A stretch of DNA of 64,000 bases from an uncultured Solirubrobacteraceae bacterium. GTDB lineage: Bacteria; Actinomycetota; Thermoleophilia; Solirubrobacterales; Solirubrobacteraceae. A model generated the notes under the pieces. It had not been told where the DNA came from, did not search any database, and worked only from the letters and a program-made list of their open reading frames with translations. Where the stretch lies: NCBI GenBank assembly GCA_964588985.1, contig CAZPQW010000014.1, forward strand, positions 31,938 to 95,937, in the 5' to 3' direction. The position numbers were made by a program, and so were the translations under genes. Below are positions 56,439-64,000 of the stretch, one piece after another (position 1 is the stretch's first letter; every line of letters starts with the position of its first letter).

Positions 56439-56447
56439 GCAATCTCC

Positions 56448-57563
56448 TCACAGCGCGATCGGCGCGATGTCCGACGGCGGGATCGGCGCGAACACCTCGT
56501 CGGCGCTGGAGTCCCCCGGCAGCTCTGTGTCCGCCCCGAGCGGCTGCGGAGCCGTGAACACGCGGTTGCGGCCCGCTCGCTTGGCTTCGTAGAGGGCGGT
56601 GTCGGCGGCCTTGAACTGCGTGTCGTAGTCGACCCGCTCTCCGCGCGCGGCGCTCAGCCCGATCGAGATCGTGACCTCGAAGCCCAGCGGTCTCGCCTGC
56701 TCGACGGCGGCGCGGAGGCGCTCGGCGACCTCGTGTCCGGCGCCGGTGTCGATGCCGGGCAGCACGACGAGGAACTCCTCGCCGCCGAGGCGATACACGA
56801 GCTCGAACGAGCGTAGGTGCTTGCGCAGCGCGTAGGCCACGTCGCGCAGGACCGCGTCGCCGCAGTCGTGGCCGTGCTCGTCGTTGATCGCCTTGAAGTT
56901 GTCCACGTCGCACAGCAGCAGGCAGATCGGCTGGCGGCTCAGGCGCGCCTGCATCGAGAGCTCGGCGAAGCGCGGCACGAGCGCGTGGCGGTTGAGCAGG
57001 CCGGTGAGCGGGTCTAGGATCGCCTCGCCGCGGTGGTGGAGCTCGGCGGCCTGCAGCGCCCACACGATCGAGACCATCGCGGTCAGCAGCGCGAGCGTGG
57101 CGAACACGGGGACCGGGTTGTGGATCGTGGCGTTCGAATCCACGCCGAGCGTGGCCGCGAGGATCACCGCGATGGTGAGCACGAGCCCGGCGATGACGAC
57201 CTGGGGCCTGAAGCGAGCGGCGACCATCCCCGCGGGGAGAACGAGCCACGGAAGCGCAGGACTGGTCGGGCCGCCGCTGAGGACCACCCCCGTGCCTAGC
57301 AGAAGGAGCGTGATGAGGATTGCGTAGACGCTCACGCGCTCGGGGTGCGGGCTCTTGTCGATGCGGTAGTCGACATTGAGGAAGTTTACGACCGACAGCG
57401 CGAACAGGATGAACGTCCACCACCCCAGCCACGGAGCCGAGATCACCAGCGCGGCGCCGACCGCGCCCGTGCCGATCTTGCGGATCATGCGCACGCGATC
57501 GTTCGCATCCACCACGCGGCTGCGATCTAGCTCAGTCGGACATAGCCAGGACTCTCCTGCCAT
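56448..57563 (-). CDS. Membrane diguanylate cyclase
   Basis: Multi-TM, DPLTGLLNR, DVDNFKAIND and GGEEF; no RxxD I-site (RSFE). Confidence 0.9.
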   Translation of the reverse strand: MAGESWLCPTELDRSRVVDANDRVRMIRKIGTGAVGAALVISAPWLGWWTFILFALSVVNFLNVDYRIDKSPHPERVSVYAILITLLLLGTGVVLSGGPTSPALPWLVLPAGMVAARFRPQVVIAGLVLTIAVILAATLGVDSNATIHNPVPVFATLALLTAMVSIVWALQAAELHHRGEAILDPLTGLLNRHALVPRFAELSMQARLSRQPICLLLCDVDNFKAINDEHGHDCGDAVLRDVAYALRKHLRSFELVYRLGGEEFLVVLPGIDTGAGHEVAERLRAAVEQARPLGFEVTISIGLSAARGERVDYDTQFKAADTALYEAKRAGRNRVFTAPQPLGADTELPGDSSADEVFAPIPPSDIAPIAL

Positions 57564-57572
57564 GTGGAACGT

Positions 57573-57599
57573 TTCGACCATGCGTCCGCGCTGCTTGAG
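57573..57599 (-). promoter_or_regulatory. Sigma28 (FliA/WhiG)-like promoter
   Basis: CTCA-N17-GTCGAA, then 9 nt to ATG 57563. Confidence 0.5.
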
Positions 57600-57690
57600 G
57601 GCTGCGGCCCGCACTCGAACAGATGCATTTTTCAGACAATTGTCTGTAGGAGACAATCGGCGGTGTCGGACCGCAGCTAGGCTCACCGAA

Positions 57691-59088
57691 GTGCCCGGCG
57701 AGCCACCGCCCACTGTCGCTGAGATCATCGCCGGCCGCAGCGGCGAGGAGATGGCGCTGAACGACCGTTTCCTGAACCCGCAGATGGGACGCATCCTGCG
57801 CACGCTGGGGTTCGACAAGAGCTGGAGAGGCGGCGAGGGGGCGCACCTGATCGACGCCGACGGCGAGCGCTATCTCGACCTGTTCGGCGGCTACGGCGTG
57901 TTCGCGATCGGGCGGAGCCATCCCGACGCGGTCGCGGCGATCGAGCAGGTGATGGCGGCGCGCACGGGCAACCTGCCGCAGCTGGGGGTGACGCTGCTCA
58001 GCGGCGTGCTCGCCGAGCAACTGCTCGCCAGAGCGCCTGACAGCGTCGCGGCGATGGTGCCCGCGAACACCGGCACCGAGGCGGTCGAGGCGGCGATCAA
58101 GATCTCGCGCGCGGCGACGGGCCGCCCGCGCGTGCTGTACGCCGAGCACGCCTTCCATGGGCTCACGCTGGGGTCGCTGTCGATCAACGGCAACGCCGAG
58201 TTCAGGGACGGCTTCGGACCGCTGCTGGACGGCTGCGATCCGGTCGGCTTCGGCGATATCGACGCGCTCGAGCGCGAGCTAGCGAGGGGAGACGTGGCCG
58301 CGTTCGTGGTCGAGCCGGTGCAGGGCAAGGGCGTGAACCTGCCCGCCGCGGACTACCTCCCCGGCGCGCAGCGCCTGTGCCGCGCGGCGGGGGCGATGTT
58401 CGTGTGCGACGAGGTCCAGACGGGGATCGGACGCACGGGCAGGTTCCTGGCGCTCGAGCACTGGGACCTGCAGCCGGACCTGATCTGTCTCGCCAAGGCA
58501 CTCTCAGGCGGGCTCGTGCCGATCGGGGCGACGCTCGTGTCGCGCTGGGCGTTCGACCGCGTGTTCGATGGCATGGAGCGCGCCGTGCGCCACGGCTCCA
58601 CGTTCGGCGGCAACGACCTCGCCGCGGCCGCCGCGCTCGCGACGCTCGGCGTGCTCGACCGCGAGGGGCTCGTCGCCCGCTCCGAGCGCATGGGCGAGCT
58701 GCTGCTGGAGCTCACACGGCCGTTGGTCGATCGCTACGAGGTGGTCACCGACGTGCGCGGCCTCGGGCTGATGTGGGCGATCGAATTCGGACCCCCGTCG
58801 GGCGCGGTCGCGCTCCGGCTGTGGGATGCGGTGGAGACGCGCCAGCCCGGTCTGTTCTCTCAGCTGATCACGGTGCCGCTGTTCCACGATCACCACATCC
58901 TCTGCCAGGTCGCCGGCCACCACATGAACGTGATCAAGGCACTCCCCGCGCTCACGATCGAGGAGTCCGAGATCCGCCGGTTCGCGGCCGCTCTAGAGGA
59001 AACGATTGCGGCCGCAGAGCGCTACCCGTCGGCGCTCGCGCGCTTCGGATTGCGCACCGGATCCAGGGCCGCACGCATACGTCGCTAG
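57691..59088 (+). CDS. Class III PLP aminotransferase, HpnO-like
   Basis: YLDLFGGYG, GTEAVEAA, FHGLT, EPVQG, DEVQTG and AKALSGG; C-terminal LFSQLITVPLF..H.IL.QVAGH resembles HpnO. TAGGCT lies 7 nt before the GTG. Confidence 0.85.
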   Translation: MPGEPPPTVAEIIAGRSGEEMALNDRFLNPQMGRILRTLGFDKSWRGGEGAHLIDADGERYLDLFGGYGVFAIGRSHPDAVAAIEQVMAARTGNLPQLGVTLLSGVLAEQLLARAPDSVAAMVPANTGTEAVEAAIKISRAATGRPRVLYAEHAFHGLTLGSLSINGNAEFRDGFGPLLDGCDPVGFGDIDALERELARGDVAAFVVEPVQGKGVNLPAADYLPGAQRLCRAAGAMFVCDEVQTGIGRTGRFLALEHWDLQPDLICLAKALSGGLVPIGATLVSRWAFDRVFDGMERAVRHGSTFGGNDLAAAAALATLGVLDREGLVARSERMGELLLELTRPLVDRYEVVTDVRGLGLMWAIEFGPPSGAVALRLWDAVETRQPGLFSQLITVPLFHDHHILCQVAGHHMNVIKALPALTIEESEIRRFAAALEETIAAAERYPSALARFGLRTGSRAARIRR

Positions 59089-59099
59089 CCTAGGCGGCC

Positions 59100-60934
<1,835 letters not shown>

Positions 60935-60938
<4 letters not shown>

Positions 60939-61831
60939 TCGAGCTGAGCGGCCTCGTGAAGTCCTTCGCCGGACCCGACGGCCCGATCAGAGCGGTGCGC
61001 GGCATCGACGTCTCGATCGCCACGGGGGAGACGGTGGCCCTGCTGGGGCCGAACGGAGCGGGCAAGTCGACGACGATCGACATGCTGCTCGGCCTGCTCG
61101 CGCCCGACGCGGGCACGGTGTCGGTGTTCGGGCGCCCGCCGAGCGAGGCGGTGGCCGACGGCGCGGTCGGCGCGATGCTGCAGACGGGCGCGCTGATCAG
61201 GGACCTGTCGGTGCGCGAGCTGGTGAGCATGATGGCCTCGCTCTACCCCGCGCCGATGGACGTGGATGAGGTGCTCGAGCTGACGGGCGTGAGCGAGATC
61301 TCCGGGCAGCGCACGCAGAAGCTCTCGGGCGGACAGTCCCAGCGCGTGCGCTTCGCGGTGGCGCTCGTGAGCAACCCGGAGCTGCTCGTGCTCGACGAGC
61401 CGACGGTCGCGATGGACGTCGAGGGTCGTCACGGCTTCTGGACGACGATGCGCGAGTTCGCCGCGCGCGGCAAGACGATCGTGTTCGCGACGCACTACCT
61501 CGAGGAGGCGGACGCGTACGCGGACCGCGCGGTGCTGATGGCGCACGGCGCGGTCGTGGCGGACGGGCCGACGAACGAGATCAAGGCGATGGTCGGCTCG
61601 CGCACGATCCGTGCGACGCTCCCCGGCGTGGACACGGATGCGCTCGCGGCGCTGCCGGGCGTGAGCAGCGTGGAGCGCCGCGGGGAGGCGGTCGTGCTCG
61701 TGTGCTCGGACTCCGACGCGGCCGTCAGAGCGCTGCTGGACGTCCACCCCGAGGCTCGCGACATCGAGATCGAGGCGGCGGGGCTGGAGCAGGCCTTCCT
61801 GATGCTGACCGGGGACGGGGCCGAGCGTTGA
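60935..61831 (+). CDS. ABC transporter ATP-binding protein
   Basis: [19 protein letters not shown] and THYLEEA. Confidence 0.95.
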
Positions 61832-62565
61832 GCACGCTGGTGTATACCCGCTACGAGCTGTTGCGCACGCTGCGCAACCGTCGCTTCTTCTTCCTGTCGC
61901 TCGGGTTCCCGCTGGTGCTGTACTTCCTGATCGCGGGCCCTCAGCGCAACGTGCATGACATCGGCGGCACCGGCCTGTCGGCGCCGCTCTACTACATGAT
62001 CGGTCTCGCGTCGTTCGGCACGATGGGCGCGATGCTCTCCAGCGGAGCGCGCATAGCTGCCGAGCGCGCGGTCGGCTGGAACCGGCAGCTGCGCATCAGC
62101 CCGCTCTCGCCGCGCGCGTACTTCCGCACGAAGGTCATCACCGCGTACCTGATGGCGTTGATCAGCATGCTCGCCCTGTTCGCGGCGGGCGCGTCGCTGG
62201 GTGTCAGCCTGTCGGCGTCGGGTTGGCTGAAGATGAGCGGCCTGATGCTCGTGGGGCTGATCCCGTTCGCGGCGCTCGGGATCGCGGTCGGGCACGTGCT
62301 CACGCCCGACTCGGCCGGGCCGGCCGTCGGTGGGGGGATTTCGCTGCTGGCGTTCCTCGGCGGCGTGTGGTTCCCGATACCCGCTCACGGCTTCCTTCAC
62401 GACCTCGCCCAGTACCTGCCCTCCTACTGGCTCGTCAAGGCAAGTCACGTGGGGGTGGGCGGCCCCGGGTGGAGCACGATGGGATGGGTCGTGATGGCGG
62501 CGTGGACGGTGTTGCTGAGCCGGCTTGCGGCGCGCGCGTATCGCCGCGACACCGGCCGCGTCTAG
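61828..62565 (+). CDS. ABC-2 type transporter permease
   Basis: Six-TM pattern, ERAVGWNRQLR and LPSYW. TTG start overlaps the upstream stop. Confidence 0.9.
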   Translation: MSTLVYTRYELLRTLRNRRFFFLSLGFPLVLYFLIAGPQRNVHDIGGTGLSAPLYYMIGLASFGTMGAMLSSGARIAAERAVGWNRQLRISPLSPRAYFRTKVITAYLMALISMLALFAAGASLGVSLSASGWLKMSGLMLVGLIPFAALGIAVGHVLTPDSAGPAVGGGISLLAFLGGVWFPIPAHGFLHDLAQYLPSYWLVKASHVGVGGPGWSTMGWVVMAAWTVLLSRLAARAYRRDTGRV

Positions 62566-62605
62566 CAGGGCGCATGCCCGGCGCGGCGGCGGTAGGGTAC
62601 CGGCC

Positions 62606-63058
62606 ATGATCAGAACGCCGAGAGTGTCTCTCACTTCCAAGATCGCCACGGCTGCCGCCTGCCTCGTGTGTCTCGTCGCGCTCGTCGGCGCCCCCGCCGC
62701 TGCCGCGACGGTGACCTTCCAGAAGGAGAGCGTCCAGGCCTACGAAAAGCAGCTCTCCGGCGGGCAGATCACCGAAGCGACGATCAACAAGAAGGTGCGC
62801 TCGGTGCACCTGACGTTGAAGGACGGAAGCCACGTGCTCGTCAAATACGCCGCGCACGAAGAGGGCAAGTACGCGGCGGCGCTGGAAGCGAAGGGCGTCC
62901 CGGTGACGATCCTGCAGCCGGCGGCGGCCGCCAAAGAAGCCGCCAAACCGGTCCACCACAAACTCCGTTACATCGCCGGTGGCGTGCTGGTCGTCGTGAT
63001 CGTGGTCGTGGGTGGCGTGCTGCTGCTCGACCGCCGCCGCAAACTCGCCGCCGAATAG
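62606..63058 (+). CDS. Secreted/membrane-anchored hypothetical protein
   Basis: Signal peptide, small extracellular domain, C-terminal TM helix followed by RRRK. Confidence 0.8.
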   Translation: MIRTPRVSLTSKIATAAACLVCLVALVGAPAAAATVTFQKESVQAYEKQLSGGQITEATINKKVRSVHLTLKDGSHVLVKYAAHEEGKYAAALEAKGVPVTILQPAAAAKEAAKPVHHKLRYIAGGVLVVVIVVVGGVLLLDRRRKLAAE

Positions 63059-63086
63059 ACCGTCAGCCGCGCCGGGTGGCGCGCAC

Positions 63087-64000
63087 TCAGTAGAGCGGTC
63101 GGCGGATAGGACTGTGGGGGCGGATTCGTTCTCCGTGGCCCAACGTGTGCATCGCGAGGCGCACGTCGTGGGCGAGCATGTCGACCATGTCGCGGGAGAA
63201 GTTCTCCTTGATCACCATCCGCAGCACTGTCACGTGCTCGGCGTTCGGGGGCAGCGTGTAGGCGGGCACGATCCATCCGCGCTCGCGCAGCAGGTGCGAG
63301 AGCTGCACCAGATCGGTCGTCTGCGGGTCGCTGGCGCGCACCGCGACGATCGGGAAGTCCGAGCCGTCGGCGATCGGCTCGAGGCCGTCGATCGCGCTGA
63401 GCTTGCCGCCGAGAGAGCTCGCGTTGGCGAGGCAGTTGGCGACGATGTCCTCGAAGCCCGCTCGTCCGAGACGCAGGAAGGCGAAGTACTGCAGCACCAC
63501 CGAGGAGGAGGGCCGCGAGAAGTTGAGCGAGTAGTTGGGCATGTCGCCGCCGAGGTAGTTGATGTGGAACACGAGCTCCTCGGGCAGGTCGGAGGCGTCG
63601 CGGAAGACGACCGTCCCCATGCCCGGGTAGACGAGGCCGAACTTGTGGTTGGACACGTTGATCGAGCGCACCGACGGTAGTCGGAAGTCCCACTCGAGAT
63701 CGGGCTGGGAGAAGGGGATGACGAAGCCTCCCGAGGCGGCGTCGATGTGCAGCGGGATGCGCAGCCCCCGCTCTGACTCCACGCGGGTGAGGAGCGTGTC
63801 GATCGACGCCAGATCGTCCATCTGACCGGTGAACGTCGTGCCAAGCAGCCCGGCCACGGCGATCGTGCGCTCGTCGAGCAGCGGCTCCACCTCGGCGGCG
63901 CCGATCGTGTAGCGCCCCTCCTCCATCGGCACCACGCGCGCGTCCACCTCGAAGTAGCGCGCGAACTTCTCCCAGCAGGTGTGAACGTCCGCGCCCATCA
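63087..64000 (-). CDS. gadB: Glutamate decarboxylase (5' part outside the window)
   Basis: CWEKFARYF, HIDAASGGF, WDFRL, SINVSNHKFG, INYLGG and LNFSR. Confidence 0.92.
   Translation of the reverse strand, partial: MGADVHTCWEKFARYFEVDARVVPMEEGRYTIGAAEVEPLLDERTIAVAGLLGTTFTGQMDDLASIDTLLTRVESERGLRIPLHIDAASGGFVIPFSQPDLEWDFRLPSVRSINVSNHKFGLVYPGMGTVVFRDASDLPEELVFHINYLGGDMPNYSLNFSRPSSSVVLQYFAFLRLGRAGFEDIVANCLANASSLGGKLSAIDGLEPIADGSDFPIVAVRASDPQTTDLVQLSHLLRERGWIVPAYTLPPNAEHVTVLRMVIKENFSRDMVDMLAHDVRLAMHTLGHGERIRPHSPIRRPLY

Overview
GC-rich actinobacterial DNA. The gene content suggests Thermoleophilia/Solirubrobacterales, but that is an inference. The window holds about 63 CDS. No rRNA, tRNA, CRISPR array, integrase or transposase was recognised. 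Blocks, left to right: (1) 1-17.8 kb, a DosR-regulon-like hypoxia/fermentation cluster (GNAT-acyl-CoA ligase, Rv2004c-like kinase, ADH, ppsA, P-type ATPase, xfp-ackA, USP, arcC, GAF kinase, HTH-less response regulator, PfkB) whose two divergent promoters share a 16-bp box. (2) 17.8-25.7 kb, mixed genes including a SARP/BTAD-AAA regulator with 11-bp tandem repeats, and vapBC. (3) 25.7-39.8 kb, a c-di-GMP/phosphorelay cluster with an intact plus degenerate GGDEF-EAL pair, a hybrid kinase, Hpt, receivers and sigma28-like promoter motifs. (4) 39.8-41.6 kb, two tandem 'small protein + nucleotidyltransferase' operons that may be toxin-antitoxin systems. (5) 41.6-43.3 kb, a tasA-sipW-FN3 operon, a candidate TasA-type filament system outside Bacillota. 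(6) A REC-TrxB / cNMP-kinase / zf-UBP operon, an AT-richer secreted-protein gene with a G-quadruplex motif upstream, and YciI with an ECF42 sigma factor. (7) 49.9-56.4 kb, a SigB/SigF partner-switching cluster with four SigB-type promoters, one of which appears to drive an unannotated sRNA or micropeptide. (8) DGC, hpnO-like aminotransferase, typA, an ABC-2 exporter and a partial glutamate decarboxylase. All calls come from motif reading by eye; no database searches were run.
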